Shown here: positions 1 through 9,142 of the stretch, piece after piece
How positions within the stretch are numbered: the first letter of the stretch is position 1
Layout: every line of letters begins with the position of its first letter
Notes under the pieces: model-generated
Database searches by the model: none
What the model was told of the DNA's origin: nothing
The model's input: only the letters and a program-made list of their open reading frames with translations
Translations under genes and position numbers: made by a program
From: a virus
Length of the DNA: 64,000 nucleotides
IMG/VR virus record: IMGVR_UViG_3300042868_010004
Coordinates: 32,001-96,000 of that record
Strand: one strand, 5' to 3'

Positions 1-110
1 GGATTGGGATGGCAAATGAAACGTTGGTCGAACTTAAGAAATAAAAAACAATCTACAAAAATTATTGAGCGAAGCGAAATAACCGTTTCGCCGCGAAGCA
101 AGAAACAATT

Positions 111-383
111 ATGAATACAAACAGTTCTGAAACCGCCCTCTTTACTCCTATCGGTAATTTTGATAATCTATATTTTACCAAGGGCCAGAAATACCAAGGG
201 CGGAAAGTAAATGATCTTCTCTGGGAGGTTACTTGTGATAAGGGTTGTAAACGAATTATAATGCCGGATTGCCCATCCCCGCATCTCATACAGAGGACGG
301 AGGGGAAGGATATGAAGTATTTCAACTCCTCTCATAAAGTCACTGGGAAATTTGTTTTTGTTAAGACCGAAGACAAACAATAA
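111..383 (+). CDS. hypothetical protein (90 aa), early-region gene
   Basis: ATG-started ORF, co-oriented with neighbouring small plus-strand genes; no recognisable motif. Confidence 0.65.
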   Translation: MNTNSSETALFTPIGNFDNLYFTKGQKYQGRKVNDLLWEVTCDKGCKRIIMPDCPSPHLIQRTEGKDMKYFNSSHKVTGKFVFVKTEDKQ

Positions 384-418
384 AAACGGAAAAACTGTTT
401 AAATTCCGAAAAACAGGG

Positions 419-447
419 TTGACTCTCCCCGGTTTGCCTGTCAGGGT
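419..447 (+). promoter_or_regulatory. sigma70-like promoter (TTGACT-N17-CAGGGT, TG extended -10)
   Basis: -35 TTGACT 419-424, TGT just before a weak -10; same TGTCA pattern as promoters at 1914, 2616 and 33977. Confidence 0.45.
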
Positions 448-486
448 AGGGGAGTAATAAAAAACCAAACACGAAAATCTCCGAAA

Positions 487-678
487 ATGAATCCTACCTT
501 TTACAAAACATTCAAACGCTCCTGCACGAATTTCAAAACCTTCGCCAGCGCGCGAAAGATTACGGTTGATACCGGTTTGACTTATGAGCAGGCGCGGAAG
601 TAATGCGAGGAATTCAATAAAAACCGCTCGGCGGCGCAAATCCGTAAAGGTACGATGATGGAATTCACGGCGGAATAA
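487..678 (+). pseudogene. small phage gene interrupted by one in-frame TAA (601-603)
   Basis: ATG 487 gives MNPTFYKTFKRSCTNFKTFASARKITVDTGLTYEQARK*CEEFNKNRSAAQIRKGTMMEFTAE*; fills the gap between a promoter and the next gene. Confidence 0.55.
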
Positions 679-712
679 CACAAATAATCTAAAAATAAAA
701 AAGGATTGGATT

Positions 713-1072
713 ATGAATATCACAAAAGAAATGCTTCTGGAAACCGTTAAGACTCTTAAGGGATGGGGCTTCCGAGTTTTTATTAATGAGAATAACGATT
801 GTTACTGTTATATATCTGACGGAAAACAAATTGGGTATATCGAGATTGATCGTCTCGGCGGATATAATTTTTCAACCAAACACAAAGAAAATAAACAGAC
901 CGGCACAGGCTTTGCGATTGCTCGGAATGCGGTTTTGACAAAAGAAAATGCGGAAAAATGTTTTGCATTCGCGCCGGATTGGGTGCTTGGGCGTGATTTA
1001 CATACGGTTGAGAAATATACCTTGGACAAATACCTGAAAACCTATTGGGGGAAAAATCTTACAGAGGTTTGA
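713..1072 (+). CDS. hypothetical protein (119 aa)
   Basis: ATG ORF with protein-like composition in co-oriented cluster. Confidence 0.75.
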   Translation: MNITKEMLLETVKTLKGWGFRVFINENNDCYCYISDGKQIGYIEIDRLGGYNFSTKHKENKQTGTGFAIARNAVLTKENAEKCFAFAPDWVLGRDLHTVEKYTLDKYLKTYWGKNLTEV

Positions 1073-1097
1073 AATAAAATTCAAATAAACCCCGACT

Positions 1098-1298
1098 ATG
1101 AAAAGCAATACCTTTGCGTTTGGTTTAATTTCCGGCGCGGCTCCCTCTGGTTTTAATTGGCAAGTGTTATTACATGCGGAGGGCGGCGGACTGGATCAAG
1201 TGATGAATTTTAAGACAACGGAGGGAATGAATGTTGCAATGCTCGGACTCGGATTGAAATTAAGTAAAGGCGGGGCCAGTTATTTGCCCGCGAATTAA
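1098..1298 (+). CDS. hypothetical protein (66 aa)
   Basis: ATG ORF in co-oriented cluster. Confidence 0.6.
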   Translation: MKSNTFAFGLISGAAPSGFNWQVLLHAEGGGLDQVMNFKTTEGMNVAMLGLGLKLSKGGASYLPAN

Positions 1299-1338
1299 AA
1301 AAATCTGAAAATAATTCTAAAATTCAGCTAGAATTGTC

Positions 1339-1366
1339 TTGCAACAGGGCGGGGCTTTGCTATGGT
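1339..1366 (+). promoter_or_regulatory. sigma70-like promoter (TTGCAA-N16-TATGGT, TG extended -10)
   Basis: hexamers read directly, 50 nt upstream of the RadC-like ATG. Confidence 0.5.
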
Positions 1367-1415
1367 TTAGGAGTAACAAGCGAAACCAATCCGAAAACAC
1401 TCGAAAAACTCCGCC

Positions 1416-1877
1416 ATGACAATCTACGAACCAGTTATTTCCTACCGCAAAAAAGAAATTGAAGCGGTTGAATTGATAGATGCGGCCTCCGCTTACAAAC
1501 ATATTAAAGATTTCCTCTGGTCAATCCGCGATTTCAATCCAAATAAAGAATATGCGGTTTTGGTCGGGATGAATACTCGCGGGATTGTTAAATTCACCCG
1601 CATTCTTTCAATCGGGACCGACAATCAATGTTTGGTGACTCCGAGGGAAGTAATAAAGGAAATTCTTCTTTCGAATTGCAATTCTTTTATTCTGGCCCAT
1701 TCCCATCCTACGGGAGATCCCGGCCCTTCCTCCGCTGATAGTCAAATCACTCGGAAAATAAGAGAGGCGGCGGGCATTATGGATATTCAGTTCCGCGATC
1801 ATATTATTATCGGGCTGCCCGAAAATGATCCGGCGGGGCTTGGTTATTATTCTTATCGGGAGGCGGGTTTGATTTAA
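1416..1877 (+). CDS. radC: RadC-like JAB/MPN domain protein
   Basis: NPNKEYAV (catalytic E), FILAHSHPTGDPGPSSAD (HxH-x7-S-x2-D), DHIIIG: RadC/JAB signature, stand-alone domain. Confidence 0.9.
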   Translation: MTIYEPVISYRKKEIEAVELIDAASAYKHIKDFLWSIRDFNPNKEYAVLVGMNTRGIVKFTRILSIGTDNQCLVTPREVIKEILLSNCNSFILAHSHPTGDPGPSSADSQITRKIREAAGIMDIQFRDHIIIGLPENDPAGLGYYSYREAGLI

Positions 1878-1913
1878 ATCGGAAAATAAAATTCAGAATT
1901 CGGAATAAAAGCC

Positions 1914-1942
1914 TTGCAATGAAGCCGGGCGTCTGTCATTAT
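1914..1942 (+). promoter_or_regulatory. sigma70-like promoter (TTGCAA-N17-CATTAT, TG extended -10)
   Basis: hexamers read directly upstream of ORF 1968. Confidence 0.55.
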
Positions 1943-1967
1943 CTGAATTGTAATAACTGAAATACCA

Positions 1968-2234
1968 ATGAAATCCACCGAAATTAAGAAAATCCTGAAA
2001 GAAAAATTTAATCTTTCCGTCCGCGTGCATACAGGCGTGAGCAAAAATCCTTTCATAAGGGCAAGTCTTGGTTATGACAATCCGGTCAAATTCCCTTTGT
2101 CTTTCCGTCAAAAATGTTTGCGGGTTATTTATGGGGAGGATTGCACGTTTGCAGAAAACGGAAATGCCGGAAATGTCGCCCCGCATATGATTGCAATGCA
2201 TAGTCAGCAATGGGAAAAGGCTCTGGCGGACTGA
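1968..2234 (+). CDS. hypothetical protein (88 aa)
   Basis: ATG ORF downstream of a promoter. Confidence 0.75.
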   Translation: MKSTEIKKILKEKFNLSVRVHTGVSKNPFIRASLGYDNPVKFPLSFRQKCLRVIYGEDCTFAENGNAGNVAPHMIAMHSQQWEKALAD

Positions 2235-2343
2235 AAAACAATTCCGAAATAAGCAAAAAATAAATCAGATCCCTGTATGAAAAACACTTCAATCTCTTGG
2301 CATTAAAGAATGTAAAGGCAATTCCGCCTCCATTCTTTAATAT

Positions 2344-2538
2344 ATGCAAAACAAAAAAATCGTTGTCAAAGGTTTGGTCCGCTTGGAAATGACTTGCCCG
2401 CATTGCGAAAAAAAATCTTTCCAAAGCGTTTTGTCGAAAAATTTCACTTGGGATTGCCCTTGGTGTCAGAAGATCAATCACTTTGACTTTTCGCGCGGAT
2501 ATTCCGTGAAGATCGAAGATTTGAAGGGATTGGAATAA
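2344..2538 (+). CDS. small zinc-ribbon protein
   Basis: CPHC and CPWC pairs in a 64-aa ORF, followed by a terminator. Confidence 0.7.
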   Translation: MQNKKIVVKGLVRLEMTCPHCEKKSFQSVLSKNFTWDCPWCQKINHFDFSRGYSVKIEDLKGLE

Positions 2539-2549
2539 AAATCACAGAT

Positions 2550-2583
2550 TGCCCGCTTTATTAATTTGAGGCGGGTATTTTTT
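2550..2583 (+). terminator. intrinsic terminator
   Basis: GCCCGCTT/GAGGCGGGT stem followed by a T-run. Confidence 0.75.
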
Positions 2584-2615
2584 AGAAAAGTATTTTAAAA
2601 ACAGGATAAATTAGC

Positions 2616-2643
2616 TTGATTTCGTCCGGTTTCCTGTCATTGT
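2616..2643 (+). promoter_or_regulatory. sigma70-like promoter (TTGATT-N16-CATTGT, TG extended -10)
   Basis: hexamers upstream of ORF 2668, immediately after a terminator. Confidence 0.45.
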
Positions 2644-2667
2644 CTTAAATGTAACAAGAACACTACC

Positions 2668-3018
2668 ATGAAAAACAAAAAAGATGATCGTAACGGCGAC
2701 TTTTCCGAGTTCGCCTCTTATATTGTTAATTCGTCAGAGCCTCGCTATATGCAACCAAACGAAAAACTCAGCCTGAAATATACAATCGCGCTCAGAGTTC
2801 GATCAATGGGTCCGACCGGCTTTCCCGGAATTAAATATGAGATCCGGCAACAGTATATCGGATCGGAAGGTCTGACTGACGAAATGATTGAAAAGGCAAT
2901 TACGGAAATGGTCCGCGATGGTATTATTGAACAGTATGATGATATGGCCGGGCAATATGTAAGCGGGCCGAATATGGAAAACATGGAACTGCCGGAAAAT
3001 AAGTTTGAATTGCGGTAA
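2668..3018 (+). CDS. hypothetical protein (116 aa)
   Basis: ATG ORF bracketed by promoter and terminator. Confidence 0.75.
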   Translation: MKNKKDDRNGDFSEFASYIVNSSEPRYMQPNEKLSLKYTIALRVRSMGPTGFPGIKYEIRQQYIGSEGLTDEMIEKAITEMVRDGIIEQYDDMAGQYVSGPNMENMELPENKFELR

Positions 3019-3026
3019 AAGTATTC

Positions 3027-3064
3027 TGCCCGCCTCTGGATTTAATTCTGGGGGCGGGTTTTTT
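3027..3064 (+). terminator. intrinsic terminator
   Basis: GCCCGCCTCTGGA/TCTGGGGGCGGGT stem plus T-run. Confidence 0.8.
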
Positions 3065-3725
3065 GTACCAAGACATAAAGATGGATAAATGAGAATTGGT
3101 CTCAATAACGGAATCAATTCGCGTTTTACCTTTCGAGTTTCTGATCGGGGGAATTAAATACAAACCTGCCTTTCGGGGGAATTAAGACGGGCGGCAATAC
3201 CGATAAAACAAATATAGAGGGCGGAAAACCCAAGGGAAAGCCCGACAGAATTGTTTTACTAAGAATGGTTCCTTATTAAGAATGATTCTAAATAACGATC
3301 CGGCTGAATGATTAAAGCCAAGGGTAAAAACATAAGGATTGATCGCCTAAATATAGGGCTGAAAAGGGGCTTGAAATGAGGTCAAAAGTCGGTCGGTTTT
3401 CTGTCAAATAAAAGGGGCGCGGCACCCTCTGAATGCATCGAAGATGCGGTGATTCAAAAGTTACGTAAATAGTTTAATGCAGAGGTGTTTGCGAAAGATT
3501 TGACGCCTCGCGTCAGCTCTTAAAAGTAATCCAGACAAGGCAATAAATAAAACAACCCCATAGAGATTAAACAGTAAAGAAGAACAAAGGAAATAAATAG
3601 ATAGAGAATGAAAGAACGATATAGGAGAGAATGAATGGAAACAAATAAAGAATGACAGAAGGTTTTTTTGTTTTAGGGATGGGGTTTACATGTCCTCTCC
3701 CCCTATCTCTCGCGCTTTTTTACAA

Positions 3726-3818
3726 AAACGAAAGCAAAACGAAAGCTCTTTAGCCTAAAACGAAAGGTTTTCGTAAGTTTTGAAAGGTTTTCGCCTTAAA
3801 ACGAAAGACAAACGAAAG
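3726..3818. repeat. array of AAACGAAAG direct repeats (iteron-like)
   Basis: exact copies start at 3726, 3737, 3758, 3799 and 3810, with a degenerate copy at ~3778; GAAAGGTTTTCG occurs twice. Confidence 0.85.
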
Positions 3819-5137
3819 GTCGGCAAATAAAAACGCGCCGTATTTGAAAGTATATAGACACGAAAAAATTCCCAAAACTGCATGGGATAAATAAAAGTCT
3901 TTCTGAGTATTCCTATAGTTTTTCCTACATGATTCTAAATAAAATTCATTCCGCGTTTCCTTTGTTTCGTTTTGTTTTCAGTGTTTGAACACCCTTGCTT
4001 TTCAGTCGCTAGGCTTGATAGGGAAGGCCGAGGCCTTTAGAGGGAAGCGTCGCGTTAAATACTAGGGAGGTATGTTCGTGAAATGAGTTTACACAGAGCG
4101 GGAATAAAAGGGAAGGCGGGCAGAAAAACAAATGAAAAAGTTTCAAATACTGGGGCGGGCCGCCCAAATAATAAAAATAAAAGTTGCAAATAAGAAAGAC
4201 GGAATGCCCGAAATATTAATGAATGAAGGCCAAATAAATAAAAGGCAAGCCGCTCTGGTTTAATTATTTAGAAAGCCAAAGGCAGAAAAAGCCCGCCGCC
4301 CAATCTGTTTGTCAAGTAGGTAATTCTACGTATGATGGCGGGTAGCATGACAGAGCGGACCACGAAAGCAAGACAAAAATGCGGATCATCACTAAGTAAG
4401 ATTACGTATGAATTCCGTCTTGACTTTTTCTTATAGCAGGCTTGAAATGGTATCGTAGGGGACTGACTTTGAAAAAAGCCCGCTGACTGCCATACGTAGA
4501 ATTACTTAGATGGATTGCCTTGCAAGGTTTGCCGTTTTGGTTATTCGCGCGAGCGCGGGCATGCGTGCGCGTCACACTAAGAGAGACAACGAAAGCCCTA
4601 CCCAATCCCCCGGCCAGCACTCCGTTTTTTACGTTTGTTTTACACAAAAGAGGATTGACACAGTTTTAAGCCGGGCGCGCGTGACAATTTCATTTTCGCT
4701 CTGTTTTTTCTGCTTTCAGAAACTAGGGGTTTCCAACGGTTTACGGGATTGAAAAAACTATTTTTTAGAGAAACAAAACAAAGGCTTGTCAGGAAAACAA
4801 AGAAAGGTTTTTGTCTTCTCATCGAAAGGCAGCAAGCCCAACGGTAAAACAGCTCAAACACTCTTTCCCCTTCCTTCATGTGCAACTCAAACAAAACCGG
4901 CCTTGCAATGTTCCTTTGGCACTTGGCCGCCGCCCTCGCAATTCTGGCAATGTTCGCAATTGCTGGCACTCTGGATTGCCCCCCCCCTTCAAGGTTTAAA
5001 CACCACAGGGTTTTATATTAAACGTATAAACCCCTCTATGTTTCACCCTTGAAACAACCTAGTAAGGTAAACGACTAGTAAAGCCACAAAGGCACGTTTC
5101 CCAGTTCGCAAAACTACTGCATTAGAGCAATCCTACT

Positions 5138-5677
5138 ATGTCCGCCAATATCAAAGCCCTCGTCTCCGCCCTCGCCCTCGCCTCCAAAGCCGTGAAGGCC
5201 CTCCCCCCCGCCCCGTCCTTCGATCATGCCGCCCGACTCGCGATCATGCTCTCCGCCTTTGAGGGTATGCCCGACGCCGAAAAGAAAGCGCGCAATGCAA
5301 CTGACCGACTCAAGGAGCAGTTTGACGCCGCGCATGGTGATTCGTCCGAACGTATCACGCGCACGGTTTTGGCCGAGTTGGCCGAATCCCTCGGGGGGAT
5401 CGAAACTCTCGCCACCGTCGCCGGACGCATGGCCAAGGAAAGTCGGAGCGCGGGCAAGGTCAATGCGACTGCGACCCAGTGGCGCGCCGCCCTGACCGAG
5501 GAAGAGGGTTTTGATAAGAGCCTGCAAGGCTTGGCCGAGAAAGCCTCTGACATGCGCAAGGCTGGCAAGGCGTGGAGTGAGGTCGAAGAGAGTTTGAGCC
5601 TCTCCCCCGCCGCCCGCTCGCAACTCTACCTTGTCGCGAAGGAATTCACCGACCTTTTCCCCGCTAAAGCTGAGTAA
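5138..5677 (+). CDS. GC-rich, Ala-rich helical hypothetical protein (179 aa)
   Basis: long ATG ORF with strong C/G third-position bias, isolated in non-coding DNA, terminator downstream. Confidence 0.8.
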   Translation: MSANIKALVSALALASKAVKALPPAPSFDHAARLAIMLSAFEGMPDAEKKARNATDRLKEQFDAAHGDSSERITRTVLAELAESLGGIETLATVAGRMAKESRSAGKVNATATQWRAALTEEEGFDKSLQGLAEKASDMRKAGKAWSEVEESLSLSPAARSQLYLVAKEFTDLFPAKAE

Positions 5678-5841
5678 GGCACGAAAGGATAAGACACGGC
5701 GCGCGACTCTTCACAAGTTGCGCGCTCCCTCTGTAAACCTTTCGCAATGCCTTACCCGTGGAAATTATCATTTGTGTACTAGCGTTAACGATTTATCTCT
5801 GGCCCTAGTATAAACACTATAGTAAATCCTATATAATTCTT

Positions 5842-5874
5842 GCCCGTCCTTGTATAAAACGAGGGCGGGTTTTT
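5842..5874 (+). terminator. intrinsic terminator
   Basis: GCCCGTCCTTGT/ACGAGGGCGGGT stem plus T-run. Confidence 0.75.
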
Positions 5875-6223
5875 CGTGTCCTTATACTAAGTAGTTATAC
5901 GTATGCCCGACCGTGCGCAGGAAGCGTGCCAACCAAAGGGACACCACCACCCTTTTACAATTCTTTTACACATGTAAAAAAGGTGTTTGGGCGTGGGGGA
6001 CTTCCATTTCAATTTCTAAGCCAATTTCGAAACCGAACCACAAACCACAATCCCCGCGCTCCTTTATCAGCCCCACCTTTTCTTTCCTTACTGTATCCCC
6101 ACCAGAGTTAATCTACACCCACCCCATCCCCCTTTTTTATTTTCCTATATCTTTTCACCCTTTGGTTTTCCGCCTTGATCTGAAAAAATTGGCCGGGCTT
6201 TTTTAATTTTCAAACTTTTTTGT

Positions 6224-6742
6224 TTAATTCCCCCTTCTCTCCTCTCTTAACCACTGCTCCCTCTTAATCCTAATTTTCTTTAAATCGTTATAAATGGTTC
6301 GCGTGGTTGTCTTCATTTTCTTACTTATCAAATCTGGCGCGATCCCGCTTAGACTTAATTTGAAAACCTTCTCCTCTTTATCTGTTAAGGAAGGATAAAA
6401 CCCAATCTTAAAATCCGTTACATAGCTCTCCCAAGGGCTTTCGGCCAAACACCAAGAATCATTTTTTATATTACTAAGGCTGGATAAGTCAGCTTTTCTA
6501 AATTTTGAGCATCTTTGTCTTATGGTGTTTCTCATAAGGTTATAGCACAACCTATGAACCCAAGCGTAGAAATTTTTTGATTTAGATGGATCAAACTTTT
6601 CTTTTTTGTTCCAAATTCTAATCAGACAATCTTGTTTTATCTCTTGTATATCCCAATTAATATATCTCCCAAAAGTAAAGGCCCTAACATAGGTATCAAC
6701 CCTTTTAATTAATTCTGGACCAAAATTAAAAGAAGAACTCAT
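6224..6742 (-). CDS. ECF-type sigma70-family RNA polymerase sigma factor (probable start ATG 6742)
   Basis: region 2-like EIKQDCLIRIWNKKEKFDPSKSKNFYAWVHRLCYNLMRN; region 4-like SLTDKEEKVFKL...ISKKMKTTTRTIYNDLKKIR. Confidence 0.88.
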   Translation of the reverse strand: MSSSFNFGPELIKRVDTYVRAFTFGRYINWDIQEIKQDCLIRIWNKKEKFDPSKSKNFYAWVHRLCYNLMRNTIRQRCSKFRKADLSSLSNIKNDSWCLAESPWESYVTDFKIGFYPSLTDKEEKVFKLSLSGIAPDLISKKMKTTTRTIYNDLKKIRIKREQWLREERRGN

Positions 6743-6747
6743 TTTAT

Positions 6748-7176
6748 TTACAATCGGCCCTTCCGCCCACCACGAGCCGCCCCACCCCTCAGACCTCCAC
6801 TCCGAGTTGTCGCCGCCGGACAGACAGAATAAGACGAACTGAAGACGGGCTTGGAGTCTACTCTCGGATTGAAATCGGATTTGTTCGCCCGATAAGATTT
6901 CTGTAAGCAATTCAGCACAGGCATTGGCTCATTAACCGGATTATTTGAATTAATGCTCACCTGATTGCTCAGTCGGTCAATCTCCGCCCGCATCCGGGCA
7001 TTTTGTCTTTCAAGGGAAGAGGTTGAACGAAAGCTGATTCCACTCATACTTGCCCGCCCAAGCTTCAACCCTCCCGGAGAAAATCCAAGCAGATTGAGTT
7101 TGATTGTATGTGCGAGAGTAGTCCGGAGCGCGTTTCGGATCGGAGTGCGGAAATTTGGTAGACGGAAGAGATACAT
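6748..7176 (-). CDS. hypothetical protein (start may be ATG 7047)
   Basis: ORF abutting the sigma gene; short coiled-coil LERQNARMRAEIDRL and Arg/Gly-rich tail. Confidence 0.45.
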   Translation of the reverse strand: MYLFRLPNFRTPIRNALRTTLAHTIKLNLLGFSPGGLKLGRASMSGISFRSTSSLERQNARMRAEIDRLSNQVSINSNNPVNEPMPVLNCLQKSYRANKSDFNPRVDSKPVFSSSYSVCPAATTRSGGLRGGAARGGRKGRL

Positions 7177-7353
7177 GGGTGAATTCGTTTAAATGTTCAG
7201 GTTACTTAAATGAGATTTTGTCTTTTGCGGCCAAGGTCAAGGGCAATTTTAAGAAAACTTTCAAATAATCCGCCCGTTATTTCCGGTGTCTACCTTCCCT
7301 TTCCCGCCCTACCTTTGTAACCTCTTATTTGTAAAACAATCCGTCAAACAATT

Positions 7354-7800
7354 ATGAGCGCCGAGACAAAATTTACAAACGTGGCGGGACTAGAACTAAA
7401 GTCAGAGTTTTGCGATAAAGTCCTGTATAATACCATCCGCTCTCTGCAATTCTTATTCTTGCATACCTATAAATTCGGGTCAAACCTTGTGATCGAGGAA
7501 ACAGGCCGCGCCGGTCAATTCATGTATTGCATAGAGAATCATGGGCTGAAACTCCGAGGTTATGTCGGGCGGGACGAGAAGACGAAATCGGTCAGATTCT
7601 TGGTGATGGACAACGCAAGAATTTTATGGATGGTCAGGGAAGGGTTTGAGGTTTGCCCGGAGAATTATGATCGAGTCGGCGTGATGATGAATCTCCCGAC
7701 GATGAATGACTTCATTCTGTTCTTAGCGGGCCGCTGTGGTTGGGATTCGGCGGGTTATGTTCGGGCTGAAGAATTTCAAAACAAGAAGAAAAAAAGATAA
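7354..7800 (+). CDS. hypothetical protein (148 aa)
   Basis: ATG ORF preceded by two TTGTAA boxes (7315, 7329). Confidence 0.75.
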   Translation: MSAETKFTNVAGLELKSEFCDKVLYNTIRSLQFLFLHTYKFGSNLVIEETGRAGQFMYCIENHGLKLRGYVGRDEKTKSVRFLVMDNARILWMVREGFEVCPENYDRVGVMMNLPTMNDFILFLAGRCGWDSAGYVRAEEFQNKKKKR

Positions 7801-7908
7801 TCGGAGGAAAGATAGTTAGCAGCCTAACTACTTTCTAGAACGTCAGACCGATTTGTTTTCAGTCCCGAATTCTCGACGGCGCTTCTTAAAATAAACAGGT
7901 TGATTTGA

Positions 7909-8181
7909 TTACCGTCTAATCCCGGCCTGCTGTAAAATTTGCCGAGCATCTTCTACTTTCGACAACGGTCCAGAGGTTACCTGTCGGATTGTCTTATGCA
8001 GAGACCGAACCCCATCCTCGTATTTTTCAACATAGGCTCTCCCCATTTTCTCATAAAATACTTTTAGAAAGCGCTCTACGTCATATCCGAAAATTCCATT
8101 CAGAGCCCGAGCCTCGGATTCATTCAATTCTAAATGGACTTTCAGATCCATGTTTAATTCAATATGTTTTACAGTTGCCAT
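7909..8181 (-). CDS. hypothetical protein (90 aa)
   Basis: ATG ORF in a tightly packed minus-strand run. Confidence 0.75.
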   Translation of the reverse strand: MATVKHIELNMDLKVHLELNESEARALNGIFGYDVERFLKVFYEKMGRAYVEKYEDGVRSLHKTIRQVTSGPLSKVEDARQILQQAGIRR

Positions 8182-8184
8182 AAT

Positions 8185-8553
8185 TTATAATCCTAATTGT
8201 TTTGCCTTTGCCGCAAACTTAGGGACGTTCTCCGTCATCCATAAGTAATATCGCAAATCATTTTCTTTAACCCACTCATACGTTTTATCAGCATACTTTC
8301 CATAACCAATTCCATCGGGCTTTACTTGCTCAGTTTGTTTACCCTCGGAGTTTTTCTTATCCCAAGGTGGAAATTTCAGTTTCTCAATCTGCCCAGTCCC
8401 ATTCAATAAGTCAGACTTGGTGATCGGTTTGATTGCCTTAAACTTCGGATCGTCCCGCCATTTATTCGCATTAACCTTTCTTTGCTCCTCCGAGATTTGT
8501 TCGGCGACATGTTCGTAAGCCTGAATATTTGTCTGATAGTCTTCGTATTCCAT
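8185..8553 (-). CDS. hypothetical protein with a C-terminal GYGKY-type small domain
   Basis: GIGYGKYADKTYEWVKENDLRYYLWM resembles the FGKYKG...Y..W repeat of ExoX C-terminal/DUF3820-like domains. Confidence 0.7.
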   Translation of the reverse strand: MEYEDYQTNIQAYEHVAEQISEEQRKVNANKWRDDPKFKAIKPITKSDLLNGTGQIEKLKFPPWDKKNSEGKQTEQVKPDGIGYGKYADKTYEWVKENDLRYYLWMTENVPKFAAKAKQLGL

Positions 8554-8557
8554 TGGG

Positions 8558-8935
8558 TCAGCGCGCCCCTAATTGATTTAATTTCTTCTCAACCCTCACC
8601 CAATACTTTTCCGTAGATTGTTTCTTCCAGCCATTCGGACCCCCATTCATGATTCTCGCGAAATCCTCATTCGTTGGTTTTCTTCCGAGTCGTCTCATTG
8701 TCCCGTAATGCCCAAGATATTTTCGCGCCATCTCTTTTGACTTTTCCGAATCCCACCGATCTTCATATGTGTAGTATGGCGGGCCGTAAATCCGATTCAA
8801 ATCATCCACGAATATCCGTCGAATTTGCAAAACCCCGGCGGCATCCTCTGCCCGATTGTATGCCCGTGGGTTGCCCGAACTTTCAACCTGAATGAGCGCG
8901 GCGAGAAGAATTGCGGGAATGACTGGATCGGACAT
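8558..8935 (-). CDS. lysozyme-superfamily muralytic enzyme (SLT / i-type-like), candidate endolysin
   Basis: IQVESSG (catalytic Glu), GVLQI and EDFARIMNGGPNG motifs. Confidence 0.85.
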   Translation of the reverse strand: MSDPVIPAILLAALIQVESSGNPRAYNRAEDAAGVLQIRRIFVDDLNRIYGPPYYTYEDRWDSEKSKEMARKYLGHYGTMRRLGRKPTNEDFARIMNGGPNGWKKQSTEKYWVRVEKKLNQLGAR

Positions 8936-9139
8936 TCAGACGCCCTTCCTGATTAATGCAATTTTCTGACGAAACCATTCGCCGATTTCTTTCTGCGGTG
9001 CAACCCCGATTGTTGCCGCCGCCAAGACAAATGGAGCCATTCCAACAAAAACGCAAAAGGCGTAAAGAAGAACTATCAGACTGATTGGCAACATAATAAT
9101 CAAATTTAAAAAAATATCTAGTTGATGTTTTGTTTTCAT
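8936..9139 (-). CDS. small membrane protein, candidate holin
   Basis: long hydrophobic stretch and basic C-terminus; directly upstream of the lysozyme. Confidence 0.6.
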   Translation of the reverse strand: MKTKHQLDIFLNLIIMLPISLIVLLYAFCVFVGMAPFVLAAATIGVAPQKEIGEWFRQKIALIRKGV

Positions 9140-9142
9140 ATT

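Noticed and set aside
361-723. Minus-strand 120-aa ORF
   Set aside because: Antisense to the interrupted plus-strand gene at 487-678, which matches the local promoter and gene polarity.
3726-3818. CRISPR array
   Set aside because: Repeats are 9 bp with 2-30 bp gaps, not 23-50 bp repeats with unique spacers, and no cas genes are present.
4402-5052. Several 60-110 aa ORFs in the gene-poor region
   Set aside because: Overlapping on both strands, non-ATG starts, atypical composition; no support for any one of them.
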